Origin: Tubiluchus corallicola
Lineage: Eukaryota > Animalia > Priapulida
Length of the DNA: 64,000 nucleotides
Assembly (NCBI GenBank): GCA_030141605.1
Contig: JAQGDQ010001068.1
Coordinates: 1,613-65,612 of the forward strand
Direction of reading: 5' to 3'
How positions within the stretch are numbered: position 1 is the stretch's first letter; every line of letters starts with the position of its first letter. Below, in pieces: positions 22,080-35,447 of the stretch. The position numbers and the translations under genes were made by a program. Under the pieces are notes generated by a model that searched no databases, was not told the origin of the DNA, and saw nothing but the letters and a program-made list of their open reading frames with translations.

Positions 22080-25000
22080 TCAACTGAAACGTCTGTACGC
22101 ATTAGCTCGCATATTATTCGGTCTTGGAACACTTAAACTGTAATCTAGACTGTGTTGCCTTTCCAAAAACTGTGTTGGCGTTTCTTGAGCTCCAGCATTA
22201 AAATAAACTCCAGTTGCTCCTTCCTGCAAATTCCTGGGATCATTTACTGATGTTCGCTCCATGTTTTTCACGGGTTTGTCGTATATTATTCCGTATGGAA
22301 CTGCATTTTCGTAACGGTTGCTGAAATTGTTGGGCCTTCTGCCATCATAGTAATGTGCTCCCTTGGGAGCAGATGTCACTGTCTGAAAGCGTAAAGGCGC
22401 AGCTGTGTAGTAGTTTCGATTGTTGGCGTAAGATGGCGCTCGTGGCAGTTGTGGTGCACGAGATTGATGATGATAAACGTCACCGAAGACGGACCTTGAG
22501 AATTGTGGAGCTGGTGTGTAGTAAAATGGGGATCTGTACACAAAGGGCGATACAGTTGAAAACTGTGAGTTGGATACAAAATTGTCGAAATTTCCCATCT
22601 GGTTCCATGATTCGGTAGTTCGTCTAGCTTCAAGTGGTCTTCGAAGGTCCAGCTGATTGGTTCTATGAGCATTCTGGACTCTGTTTCTTTGCTTTTCAAC
22701 TCTAAATCCAGCATGGATTTGTTCATTATTTTCGTTAACGTCACCGTATCCGTGTCTTCTTGCTGGAACAATAGTCCACGGTTCAGCATTAACATTGTAT
22801 AAAGTCAAAGGTCTGGCTCTAATCAGATGGGAATCTCTAACAAAGTTTCTTCTCTCTGGGAGGAAATACCTTGTGGAGTGGACAGATGATCCTTCTTGTC
22901 GACTAATGCTAGGTGCTCTGTTAGTGAACCCACTTTTCACAACAGACGGGTATCCAGACATTTGAAGTTGACTAACATGGCCAAGGACTCTAGCTTCTCT
23001 TGGAAATTCAACATGTTGGGTAAAATGCGAAGTTTGCTCGTTATTGGAATGAATTGAGCCAACACCTTGGTATAGAGGGTTGGGTTGGAATGCTGGTCTT
23101 CCCCTTTGCCTGTAGCGCGCCATGTCGGGAGTTGGTCTATATAATCCCTCTTCTCTGTTCGAGATGTATTCAAAATCAGAAACAAATTGCTGTCCCCGAG
23201 TTGGTAATCGATTTGGGAAATGAGCAGATTTCCGAGTCTGTTGAAAGTTTATGTTTACAGGATTTGCAACAAACAGTCTGTTTTGCTGGCGTCCGCCACG
23301 ACCCATTGCATTCAGAAAATGCTGCACGTTCTGGTCGTATCCAGCGTCGTAATAATTTGGCTTCGGTTTTCGATTCGCACTTCTGGCACCTGTTCTTCGG
23401 GCAGAACTTCTTCTGATTGTTGAAGTTTTTGATGATTCGCTTATGGCTGACTTAGCTTTAGGCTTAGCGACGATTGCATCTAGTAAATGGCTGGTTACAT
23501 TCGAATCAATGGTTGTTGGTAATCTGGATGTCATTTCTGAAGTGTTGAACAACATTTCTGTCGTGACGTAAGAAGTATACGAAGAAGTCGCATCTTCCAG
23601 TGTAATGTAATCTGCACTTGTTGATGGAAAAGTTGAATTTACAAAAGCATCAACACTGTCGTTTGTTACTAATTCATTTTCTGTTCCCACATATCCAGTT
23701 AAATCAGCAATTTTATCAGATGAAATGTTTTGTAAACTTTTATAATCACTGATAACCTCTCTGTTTTCAGATTCGTCCAAATTAAGACCTATATTGTCAT
23801 TTGGTTTTGGCGTTTCTGCATCACCTTGGTCCGTACTTGTGTTGCCAAGCAAGCCCGCTAAATTGTTTAACATGCGATCATTTACATCATCACTAATCAC
23901 CATTTTGTTTTCCTTATCACTAAAACCAAGTTTTATCAGAGTCGTAACACGCTGTCCTCGCTTTACGTTTAATAGGTTATTAGCAGCGTCCTTAGTTGCA
24001 TTGGCTGATGCAGAGGGAGCCACAGAAGTGTTGTCTTCTTTGACATCATTGCCGTTTTTGTAAAATTGCGTAAAATTTTCAACTCCCTCAATCACCAGTA
24101 AGGTAGAGTTCGTGTACTCGTAGAACTTTAGCACATTTGCCGGTGTTGTGCTGGTAGTATGTTGGCAAGATTCTCCATTTGAACAGTTTTCAAATCTGTG
24201 CTTTGCAGGATCAGATATTTTGTTTTCAAGGTCAGGTGTTGAAGTGCCTGAAGTTACAAGTTCATTGGTTTTTAAGTCCTGCTGGAGTGAAGTAAAGACT
24301 TTTGCTTTAACTAAATCTGCTGGAAGTTGCGATGATGCAGATGAAGGACTATCATCAATTTCGCCAGTAGTTGTGGCAATCGGTTTAGCTGCGTGCGTTT
24401 TTGTCTTTTTGTTTGAAGGCTTATCTAATGCTGTTTCTGCACGTGCCTCAACAGGTGGTACGTTGTCGACAAAGAAGAATGTATGATTTTCTGCTGCATC
24501 ATTTGGTGTATCGAGAACTGGGTTTTTAGAAAGGAGAAGGTCAGTTTCATCAGGGGTTGAAACGCGATCTTTGAAATGAGGTCCCTTTTTTCTCTCACTC
24601 ACAATAGTCTCTTCGTGATTAATTTTCCCGACTTGTTGACCATCGGTCAGTACGACCATTGGATCAAGTTTTTGCAAGTCATTATTCAACAAACCATCAT
24701 CGACACTACTGAAATGGTTTTTAGCAACTGATCCAGATTTGTGCACTTCTGCTTTTTTACCTGATTGCTCATCTAACGACTTTTCTACACGTGCCTCTCC
24801 AGGTGATAGAGTAATTTTATTAATGACTGATTGTGTATCTTCACTATCATTTTTAATATCATTTCTATACTCACTAAATAAACCTTCAGCACCAGCATCT
24901 AATTTATTAAACTTGCTTTTTGTTAAACTAAGGTCCGTTTTTGCTGTTTCCATTGTTGTAACTACAGCAGCTGTGGTAAAAAGTTCCTCTGCATTATCTG

Positions 25001-25474
25001 CTTTCTCCACATCTTGTACGGGAACAGAAACGTCTATGTAGTGTTCCGTTTTCGAGTTTGCTCCAATTTTGTAGCTTTCAGGAGTTGGACGACTCAATTC
25101 TGTAATCTCCATACGTGGCGAAATCGTAGTAATGTTGTCCGCAGTGTTAAAACTCTGTTCTGATGCAGTGGTCAGAAGCTGTTCTTGCGTCTGCTGTAAC
25201 AAATATTTTCTCTGTTCGATGTTGTTCTCTACTTGCTGGGGTATTTGACTTTTGTTGTATGACGTAACGTCTTTTGTGTTTAATTTAGAAAGAAGCGAGT
25301 CATCAGTCGTAGTTTGCAGAGCAGCAGTAGTAAATAGATCCTCATCAGCATCACCATGATCACCGTCACTGCTACTTGATGTAAACAATTCAGCATTTCT
25401 TCTCCCATCGTTCGACAGCTGCTTGATAACAGTGGATTCTTGAACTGCAGTTGTGAGTTCGTTTTCTTGAATTC
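22080..25474 (-). CDS. Gene 2 terminal exon: about 1130 aa, Ser/Thr/Asp/Asn-rich (mucin-like) N-terminal part and Arg/Tyr/Pro/Phe-rich basic C-terminal part
   Basis: 3.4-kb open frame. Minus-strand acceptor cttcatttttcttag|GA ATT CAA at 25475, phase 1; many NxS/T sequons; stop TGA at 22082-22080. Confidence 0.9.
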
Positions 25475-25699
25475 CTAAGAAAAATGAAGTTTATAGTATC
25501 AGTTCTTAGAAACTGTTATAATTGTGAGGGTTAAAGATCTAAGTCATTTAAAACACAAGGAAACACACTTTATGAGTAAAGTTTAAAAATTTCGTCTTGC
25601 AATCTTGTCATTTACATGCTGCTTTATCGTTCACAGAGATTATATTAGCAGCAGCTCTGTATAAACTTCGTCAAATTCATTCCCGCAGCATATATATAT

Positions 25700-26560
25700 T
25701 TTAGCATCAAATAATCAAGAAAATGTTCAGAAATACTAAAATCTAATTTTACAACATCTTACTCACTTTTCTGTCTAAAAACTAGTACTGCAATTGTAAA
25801 AAACTTATTTTCAAACTCCGATAGTAACACGCACATCGCGTTTCTACAAAACACTTAGCAACCGCACAAATGTTGGATGATACGGACTTCACAAGAACAC
25901 GTTGAAAATACCATTATATTCAGTAGATGGTTCCTTCTGACGAAGATCTGGGTTTGGCAAAAGAGAAAGCCTGAAGCAAAACGACAACTTTCAAGAGCTA
26001 CAATCGGAGTTTGAAAATGCAAGTTTTTTTGCAATTGCAGTGCTAGTTTCTAGACAAAAAAAGTGGATAAGGGGTAATAAAATTAGATTTTCAGTATCTT
26101 TTTAAATTCGGACTTTGCAATCACACGTTGAAGTTATGTTTAAATCCAGTAGATGGCTTTTTCTGACGAAGATCTGGGTTTGGCAAAAGAAAAAACCCGA
26201 AGAAAAATGACTGCTTACACCCGTTACTATCGGAGTTTGAAAATACAAGTTTTTTACATTTGCAGTACTAGTTTTTAGACGGAAAAGCGAGTAAGGAATT
26301 ACAAAATTAAATTTTAGTATTTCTGAACATTCTCTTGATTATTTGATGCTAGAATATAAAAGTTCAATATATTTAGCACGTGTTTTTGTAAAAAACGAAA
26401 AATTGGCGCTTGACCAGATTTTTGGTGCATTCTACTTTGAAGCATCATTGCGTAGTTTCAACTTTGCTGACCTGTGGACGGTTTTGGTTTGCAAGCACAC
26501 TGTCTTCACAGAATTTTTGTACAATGGCAAGGAAACATTAGCTGATAATGCACAGGCCTG
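25700..26560. mobile_element. Rearranged family B repeat (inverted segment plus internal tandem duplication)
   Basis: 25700-25828 is the reverse complement of 26223-26352; 25895-26100 is repeated at about 26120-26330. Confidence 0.7.
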
Positions 26561-26603
26561 TAATGACGTCACACAGACAGAATTTACGAATAATGTAATC
26601 ATG

Positions 26604-26618
26604 AGAGAGAGAGATAGA

Positions 26619-26681
<63 letters not shown>

Positions 26682-26761
26682 AGAGAAAGAGAGAAAGAGA
26701 GAAGAGAGAGAGAGAGAAAGAGGGGGAGAGAAAGAGAGAGAGAGAGAGAGAAACAGAAAGG

Positions 26762-26801
<40 letters not shown>

Positions 26802-26804
26802 AAC

Positions 26805-26850
<46 letters not shown>
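26604..26850. repeat. (GA)n microsatellite
   Basis: Directly visible. Confidence 0.95.
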
Positions 26851-27139
26851 GGAAAATCATATTGATTATAAACGACCAATGTTTGATGTGGCCTTTAATT
26901 ATGAATAATACCACCAACAGCCCCACTTGTATTTCATTAAACTTCGTAGGAATAATAACAGACCTTGTTTTCTACATTATTTCAGGAAGTGGGTGTTTGT
27001 GTCAGGTACAAAAAAGGTTTCCCTAAGTATACCAAAGTGCCGAATTATCCAAAGTAGAGCGGCACATGAAAACAACTTTCAAATATTAAAGCAGAATCTG
27101 ACACAATCATAAACTGTACGTTCGTAATCTACTACTTAA

Positions 27140-27411
27140 CTATCAGAAACACTCTTGCAGTATTAAGTGTGTTAAACTTTCTTTGTTAAATACCGTGTAT
27201 AACAGTGGTATGTTTTCTATTAGAAGTCCTGGTATTTGTATTCAACATTTTGAGTTATGTTAGTTTGTGATGTCATCAAATAGTTGGCCTCACTCGCCGT
27301 TGATCTATCACTTGTTCTATCAGAAATACTTTTGCAGTATTATTTGTTAAAATCGGACCTTTTATCGGATTTGAAAATGGGGTAGTATATGAAAAATCAT
27401 CCCGTATTCCT
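27140..27411 (-). mobile_element. MITE family A fragment
   Basis: Ends tgaaaatggggtagtatatgaaaaatcatcccgtattcct, the reverse complement of the family terminus. Confidence 0.7.
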
Positions 27412-27624
27412 TTTATCTTACAACAAACTGATCATTTGCCAGGTAGCACGTCTCGTTCGCGTGTTGTTGAAGACATTTAGCAGCTGTAATGATCATAATG
27501 ATGGTAACGTTGAGCGTGATGGCACGTTATTAGAGGTAAAATAATAACTTCCTAATAGCTATATCGGTTAATTTGTCCCACAATTTGTAGTTCGTATTAA
27601 TAAAACAGGAAGAGTTGTGATTAC

Positions 27625-27694
27625 CCAACTGAGCCGATCCAGCAGAGGATCCAATCATGATGAGAAAGATGAATAGAGCCGCGTCTTGTGTCAT
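27625..27694 (-). CDS. Gene 2 first coding exon, signal peptide MTQDAALFIFLIMIGSSAGSAQL
   Basis: Minus strand ttgtttttag|ACGTCAACCACG ATG...CAG TTG G|gtaatc. Hydrophobic core with a small-residue cleavage region; the phase 1 donor matches the phase 1 acceptor at 25474. Confidence 0.8.
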
Positions 27695-27780
27695 CGTGGT
27701 TGACGTCTAAAAACAATGTGTGGATAATATATGAAAAGTTGTAAATGTTACCAACAATGTAACAGTTGCGTTTTCTAATT

Positions 27781-28640
<860 letters not shown>

Positions 28641-29520
28641 ATATTTCCAATAACCAATTATAACATTACTTTGAGTTCACGTAATTAGCAATGGCTTGCT
28701 TTTGAGAGATATCTAACGATAATCTTCACGTAGTTCTGCTATTGTTCTCAAAATTTAATACAAAAATTTAACTTACGATTACACATTCCGACAAACTAGA
28801 AACGACGAAAAATTCTAAATTTTTTGGTAATAAAATTGTCACCTAAAAATTTACCACACAAAGCGCATTTTATCTAAACTATATGAAAAAAACAAATATC
28901 TCAATATCACCGAAAAATAAGTTATCTAAAAGTGCTTTAAACTTAAAAAGTACTTGATTAAAATTCTAGTTAATTAAACTCGGCTTTGTTTTAATTGCAC
29001 TTTGTGTACGTTTAATTTTTCATAAACAAATATAGGCTTTGCTTTAAGTATGTAATGATGTTTACACAAGTACAAATAAAAAATTAATAATTTTAGTACG
29101 ATAAAAATACTTACTTTTTGGTACAAGTTAATTATTACTCCATCCACGTGATTTTATGCAGTCAACAAGCTCAGATGTCTTCCCCTAGTGGGGTTCTGGT
29201 GTTCATGCACGGCACCTCTATTGAATAACATTTCGTGACGGCAAAGCTACGCAGTAACTGATTGATTATTAAGAGGCGAAAGAGTTACGTCTCCGAAGGG
29301 GTGAACGCTCCTCCGCTTCGGGTTGCATTTTGGGGCAACGCGCGCGTAAAGTTTCATCTTCCCCTGGTGGCCACTTGAGCAAATATTGACGAGAATTAAA
29401 CTTAATTAGTTTGTCAAAAACTTGCCAAGCGAGGATTTATTAGCTCCTAGGGTCTGCAAACAGTAGCGATGGAGTTAAAATCGAGTAGCGGCTGCTTTAC
29501 CACCCGTCGCCCCCCGGAAT

Positions 29521-29552
29521 TAAGACGTCACGTGACGTGGCGTGACGTCATC
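29521..29552. promoter_or_regulatory. Dense CRE/E-box motif cluster (candidate regulatory element upstream of gene 2)
   Basis: gacgtcacgtgacgtggcgtgacgtca holds overlapping TGACGTCA, CACGTG and TGACGT motifs within a locally CpG-rich unique stretch (about 29230-29770). Confidence 0.35.
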
Positions 29553-29950
29553 TAAGGAAGCGAGAGTGAATTCGACGAAATACCTCTTTTCTCTTAGTTG
29601 AGTAAAGAGGTGAGTAACCCGGTCTACCTGTCCCGATAACAAAAGAGGAGCCGCATGTTTACGGGGATGTCTCTGGACCTGAGCCGCTAAGGTGCGACCG
29701 CTGTTTGTCTTTAAGTGAAAAGAATTCGGTGAAATAAAACGGCAGCGAGGTAATTATACCCGACTGGGTTCTGTAGCAGTTTAAAAACCTGCGTTTCGTT
29801 AGCAGAATTATGTTAGTTCATTTTAATGATGGAGGCGTGTGTGCGTGTGTATGTATTGAACGTAATGTTACAGACAACAGTGCACGTGTATTGGTCCTTA
29901 CGTAGAAAACCAACTTGTTAGGAAGTGAAATTATAATAACAGAAATACTG

Positions 29951-30048
29951 ACAGCAATAGCAATAGCAATAGCAATAGCAATAGCAATAGCAATAGTATT
30001 AGTAATAGTAACAGTAACAGTAACAGTAACAGTAACAGTAACAGCAAT

Positions 30049-30080
<32 letters not shown>

Positions 30081-30286
30081 TAATAGCAATAGCAACAGCA
30101 ACAATAATAGTAATAGTAATAGTAATAGTAATAGTAATAGTAATAGTAATAGTAATAGTAATAGTAATAGTAATAGTAATAGTAATAGTAATAGTAATAG
30201 TAATAGTAATAGTAATAGTAATAGTAATAGTAATAGTAATAGCAATAACAATAGCAATGGATATAGCAATAGCAACAGTAATAATA

Positions 30287-30362
<76 letters not shown>

Positions 30363-30425
30363 CAACAACAACAACAACAACAATAATAATAATAACGATA
30401 GTAATAATAATAATTATTATTATTG
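29951..30425. repeat. Compound hexa-/trinucleotide microsatellite (AGCAAT, AGTAAC, AGTAAT, AAT, AAC)
   Basis: Directly visible. Confidence 0.97.
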
Positions 30426-30951
30426 TCGTGCGTGACACTTTTGTTAAGCGTGTTTAATTTTCTGGTTCTCACAACTCGTTTATAGTAAAGCTCAGTCCAC
30501 ATTCTACCACACACGCAGTTTTTTATGACGCACAAAATAAAGATTTCTACCATTGATCACCAAGACGCGTCAACAAAAAATTCCCGACTACAGATGATAG
30601 AAGACATCTCATCGAAGAACGCAGATTTTGTTGTTACCATCACAAGTATAGATCTGCATAGACCATGTATAGGACAGCAGGGCTGAAGACGCTCAGTGAA
30701 TGGGTGGGTGACTATCGGGTTTTCTCCTTCTGTGAGGTCTTCTCAGTCGTAACACATTGAAGGAAAATGTACATATCTGAGAATGTAGCTAATATTTAGC
30801 CTTTACCTGTCCATTTTCACGTCTTACATGTTGGGGTTTGAGAATTTTCTAAGTTTCGGTCTCGCCACAACAACCTACATGTTGTTTTATTGCATTGTCC
30901 CCTGTATAGTGGTCTTCGTACGTTGAAATTTCAGTGTTACTGAAGCGTATA

Positions 30952-31270
30952 AATTTTCAAGTCCCATAAAAAGTACACATCTAACACAATTAGTACTGCA
31001 AAAGGGTTGCTGATAATTAAATTATAAATTAAAATCATAATTAGCAGTGGTCGAGCTCAGCGAGTACTTCGTCACAAACTAACAACTATCTGAACTGGCA
31101 GGTACAGCACATGTTTTTTTGTGAAATGTGTTTCCAAAATGCAGGTGCTAGCACCCATCTAAGTAACGAATGGCAAAATGCACGTAAAAGCGAAGAACTA
31201 GTGGTGCAAACGTGAAATTTTGCTTGTATGGTAATAATTCTTTCACGTAAGTCATTTTTGGAAAAATAGT
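30952..31270 (+). mobile_element. MITE family A internal fragment
   Basis: Reverse complement of 4425-4600 and 4820-4930. Confidence 0.65.
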
Positions 31271-31399
31271 AAGATGCAGTTTAAGATGTACGCGCAGTTG
31301 AAGAAAAAAAATTTCTGATACAAACAATTGCGTCAGGCAGAAGTTTATTGATTTTTTGAAAGTTTTTCCTGCAAACCGTCATGTCAGATATTAAACGGT

Positions 31400-31610
31400 T
31401 AAATTTTGAATTTCTCATCTAAATATACAAAATCAATAAATGAACGAACTCTGTAATCAAACAAGCAATTCAACTTTGGAATTTTCTACCATTACAGGTT
31501 AAACAAATCAAGTCCCTATCAGCATTTAAAACAAAAATAAAATCACTAATATTAACCAGATATGAAATACCATCAGTAAGTAAAGTAAAGTAAGTAAGTA
31601 AAAAAGTAAG
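31400..31610 (+). mobile_element. 3' end of a second L2/CR1-group LINE with an (AAGT)n tail
   Basis: Translates QAIQLWNFLPLQVKQIKSLSAFKTKIKSLI, matching the LWNxLP..K...FK..K C-terminal motif, and is followed by gtaagtaaagtaaagtaagtaag. Confidence 0.65.
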
Positions 31611-31667
31611 TCTCAAGTACAAATAAGAGATACTAAAAGATTTATTCCTGCAAATTTTCTGAGCGAT

Positions 31668-33785
31668 TTGGGACATTCACTTTCTAACATTTTCAATAGT
31701 CAACTTAATGTAAATAATACTTTTTCCAATTTCTTGGAATCATTTGAAACCACCCTTAATAAACATGCCCCGATTCGAACACTTAGTAAAAGAGAAACAA
31801 TATCCTTTCGAAAACCCTGGATAACACCCGGAATTTTAAAATCAATCAGAACTAGAAGCAAACTCTATAAATCTCACAAACTTTCTAATTCGCTTTACAA
31901 AAAGACTTATTATAAGACTTATTCAAATAAACTAAATCACGCTAAGCAAAAATCCAAAAGAGAATATTATGACCATTTATTTGCTGTAAACAAAAATAAT
32001 ATTAAGAAGCAATGGAGTACGATTAATAGCCTACTGAAAATTAAAAGTAAAACACAAGTTGCCCCTTCCTATTTAGATAACAATGGTCATACCACAAGTG
32101 ACGATCTCTCTATTGCTAATGCATTTAATAAATTCTTCCAGTCTGTAGGTAGTAATCTGGCCAATAAAATCCCACCCACTTTGAAGACCTACCAATCTTT
32201 CTTAAATGCTCCAAATGATAAATCTGTCTTCTTTTATCCTATCTCTGAACTTGAAATATTGTTGTCTCTTAATAAACTTAAAGAAAATAAATCACCTGGC
32301 CCAGAAAATGTCCCGGTCAAATTTTACAAATTAGCAACTGATTTAATAGTCCCAGTTCTTTGTCGATTGTTTAATATGGCAGTTTCTGAAGGAACCTTTC
32401 CTAATTGTCTAAAAGTAGCTAAAGTCAAACCACTTTATAAAAATGATTCGCCAAACAACCTATCAAATTATCGTCCAATTTCTCTACTGTCACCAGTTTC
32501 AAAAATTTTTGAAAATATTATTTGTAATCGCATTAACAATTTTCCCACTTCATGTAACATACTAACAAAATTTCAGTTTGGTTTTCGCAAAACTTACTCC
32601 ACTTCGTTAGCTACTTCAGAATTTGTTGAAAATATGCTTCTAAATTTAGACAAAAAACTTTTCACTTGTGCAATATTCTTAGATTTATCTAAAGCTTTTG
32701 ACACAGTCCAGCATGATATTCTACTACATAAATTACATTTTTATGGCATCAGAGGCCCTGTCTTGGAACTCCTTAAATCTTATTTAACTAACCGACAACA
32801 GTTCACCACTATTAACAATACATGCTCTGATTTGCTAGATATAAACTGTGGTGTACCTCAAGGATCAACTCTTGGGCCGCTGCTTTTCCTGATCTATATC
32901 AATGATCTTCCTCTTGCTACTAATTTTAACACTCGTCTTTTCGCTGATGATACAAGTCTCTTCCTTACATCTAATAACCTTTCAACTTTACAACATCGCA
33001 CTAACAACGAACTAAAAAAGATTGATGACTGGATGAAAGCAAATAAATTAACTGTCAATTACACAAAAACTAAGTATATGTTAATCAGTAGGAACCTTTC
33101 ACAACAAGACTCTTCCACTTTCGAACTCAAAATTGGCGACATAATTTTAACACAAAGTAGTAGTATAAAATACCTTGGGTTGCATATTGACAACAACATG
33201 AAGTGGTCTACCCATATATCCTCTACAGCAACAAAACTAAACAAAACAGCTGGTATTTTTGCAAAATTAAGACATTTTATTAATTTGCCTGTTTTGAAAA
33301 TGATCTACGATGCATTAGTCTATCCGTACCTCCAATACTGTGTGTTGTCATGGTGGCAAACAAAAAAATACTTATTACAACCACTAATAACAGTTCAGAA
33401 TAAAATAGTTAAATACATAACTTTTGCCAATTACAGAGACCATGCAACATCTTCATACATACACCTTAATTTATTGAAAATAGATGATATTTATAATCTT
33501 GAATTATTTAAATTCATGTATAAGTATAATAACCGGCAGTTGCCTGAATTATATACTAACTACTTTACCTTAATCAAAGATGTTCACTCTCACTATACTA
33601 GGTCCTCAAGTATGGGACACTATTTTCAAACACGATTTAACACAGCGTATGGCTTAAATACCTTACAGCACAGTGGAGTTATTTTGTGGAATAGTGTGCC
33701 CAATACAATCATTTCCTCTCCTTCTTTACAAATAGCTACCAAACAATACAAGATATTTTTACTTAGTAAATATTCATTGGCGTAG
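31668..33785 (+). CDS. Non-LTR retrotransposon reverse transcriptase (ORF2 fragment, no true ATG start)
   Basis: KPWIT, KSPGPE, NYRPISLL, QFGFR, FLDLSKAFD, GVPQGSTLGPLLFLIYIND, LFADD, KYLGLHID and LWNSVP motifs across 705 uninterrupted codons. Confidence 0.95.
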   Translation: MGHSLSNIFNSQLNVNNTFSNFLESFETTLNKHAPIRTLSKRETISFRKPWITPGILKSIRTRSKLYKSHKLSNSLYKKTYYKTYSNKLNHAKQKSKREYYDHLFAVNKNNIKKQWSTINSLLKIKSKTQVAPSYLDNNGHTTSDDLSIANAFNKFFQSVGSNLANKIPPTLKTYQSFLNAPNDKSVFFYPISELEILLSLNKLKENKSPGPENVPVKFYKLATDLIVPVLCRLFNMAVSEGTFPNCLKVAKVKPLYKNDSPNNLSNYRPISLLSPVSKIFENIICNRINNFPTSCNILTKFQFGFRKTYSTSLATSEFVENMLLNLDKKLFTCAIFLDLSKAFDTVQHDILLHKLHFYGIRGPVLELLKSYLTNRQQFTTINNTCSDLLDINCGVPQGSTLGPLLFLIYINDLPLATNFNTRLFADDTSLFLTSNNLSTLQHRTNNELKKIDDWMKANKLTVNYTKTKYMLISRNLSQQDSSTFELKIGDIILTQSSSIKYLGLHIDNNMKWSTHISSTATKLNKTAGIFAKLRHFINLPVLKMIYDALVYPYLQYCVLSWWQTKKYLLQPLITVQNKIVKYITFANYRDHATSSYIHLNLLKIDDIYNLELFKFMYKYNNRQLPELYTNYFTLIKDVHSHYTRSSSMGHYFQTRFNTAYGLNTLQHSGVILWNSVPNTIISSPSLQIATKQYKIFLLSKYSLA

Positions 33786-33916
33786 AAAACTAGAGCTTTT
33801 TTTTCTCTTTTTGTGCACGTGTGTCTTTTTGCACTAATGTTTTTCTTTTACTAATGTTACTTTATTAGTAAAATGTATAAATCAATTTAAATGAATTATT
33901 CATTCATCGCAGTCTA

Positions 33917-34310
33917 TATCAAAATCGTTTTTACATATTATGTTTCCTTGCTATTATTATATCATTTACTTTATTTCAAAATTATTTCAATATTCGTATC
34001 AAAATCGTAATTCCATATTATGTTTTTCTTATGTTTCCTTGCTATTATTACATCATTTACTTTATTTCAAAATTATTTCAATATTCATATCTAAATCGTA
34101 ATTCCATATTATTTTTTTCTTATGTTTCCTTGCTATTATTACATCATTTACTTTATTTCAAAATTATTTCAATATTCATATCAAAATCGTAATTCCATAT
34201 TATGTTGTCCTTATGTTTTCATACTATTATTACATCATTTACTTTATTTCAAAATTGTTTCAATATTCATATCAAAATCGTAATTACATATTATGTTTTT
34301 CTAATGTTTC
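33917..34310. repeat. Tandem repeat, unit about 91 bp (about 4.3 units), in the LINE 3' UTR
   Basis: tatcaaaatcgtaattccatattatg... recurs near 33917, 33998, 34088, 34179 and 34270. Confidence 0.9.
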
Positions 34311-34751
34311 CTTTTTCATTGAGTCATCTAAAAAAGCACGCATAACTTTATTAATTTTTTCATTTAAGTAAGGTGAGTGTGTTAATGACCGTATGGTCGT
34401 ACACTCACCTCACACTACTCAAATTATTTTATTTATTGTTTATTTATGTGTATAATAATGTATTTTGATGTGTGGAATAAAATTCATAGTTCATAGTTCA
34501 TCACACCAGTAGGACAACATACACACTAATTAAGAATTTATATATCCACGGCCATATTAATTAAATCATAGTTTTTTTCGTTTTTTGTGCATAGTTGTAA
34601 ATATGTTTGATTTTATTCGTCGTTACTTTCCATTACTGCACAGTACTTTGCCTTTAGCAGTGTAAGTTTTTATTAACTAACACTGATTGATCATCTCTGT
34701 AGAGTTTTTATCAGTGATTGTCAACGTATTTTAATGACAAATAAAGATTAT

Positions 34752-34789
<38 letters not shown>

Positions 34790-35402
34790 ATTTTTGCATT
34801 TGTCATCTAAATATTTGGCTTAGTAGCAAGAAAAACTTCAACAAAATCAATAAATCAGTACGCCGAACATCAAATTTCCAACACAAATGCAAAAGTTAGC
34901 TTGTGACATTAGCTTAAACTATTAAATTTTTACACTTGAGTAACGACCGCAACTCAAAGCTGCCACCACCGGCATTGAAAGCGAAACTGTCTTCCCAGAA
35001 TGCTCGTCTTCACTAGACTGTGACTTGTAGGTTATGCTGTACGAAGATAAAACTTCGCAACGTGTTATATGTAGGCCAAGTATGCAAGTATATACAAGTA
35101 CAGTTAGTATAATATTTTGTTTACAAAAAAACTGACAGTGTATAATCTTGAACTGTGATAGACTCGTAGACACGCTGTGAACGACCATGCGTGATAATAT
35201 TCAACTCTGTGAGCAAATTACCAAATGATATGGTAAGCAGATTTACAAAAGTCCAAGTTGTCAAAGTCGCCGTTTTAATGGCAGTGTGAACGCAAAAATA
35301 AAGTCGTCGTTTCGTTAATGGCCGATTTGGTGCAAAATTAAACCTACGTTTAGGCATATGTTGCTTCTGCGCATGTCTAAAAAACATGTTCTTTTATTTT
35401 AA

Positions 35403-35403
<1 letters not shown>

Positions 35404-35447
<44 letters not shown>

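Larger units (their letters stand above)
31611..34500 (+). mobile_element. 5'-truncated L2/CR1-group LINE (RT ORF, 3' UTR with tandem repeat, terminal hairpin, catagtt tail)
   Basis: Contains the RT ORF 31668-33785 but no APE endonuclease. 3' hairpin at 34371-34410; tail catagttcatagttca. Confidence 0.9.

Noticed and set aside
30550-30920. Unique-looking stretch with a minus-strand donor as a possible extra coding exon
   Set aside because: All frames tested between the candidate acceptors and the donor contain stops.
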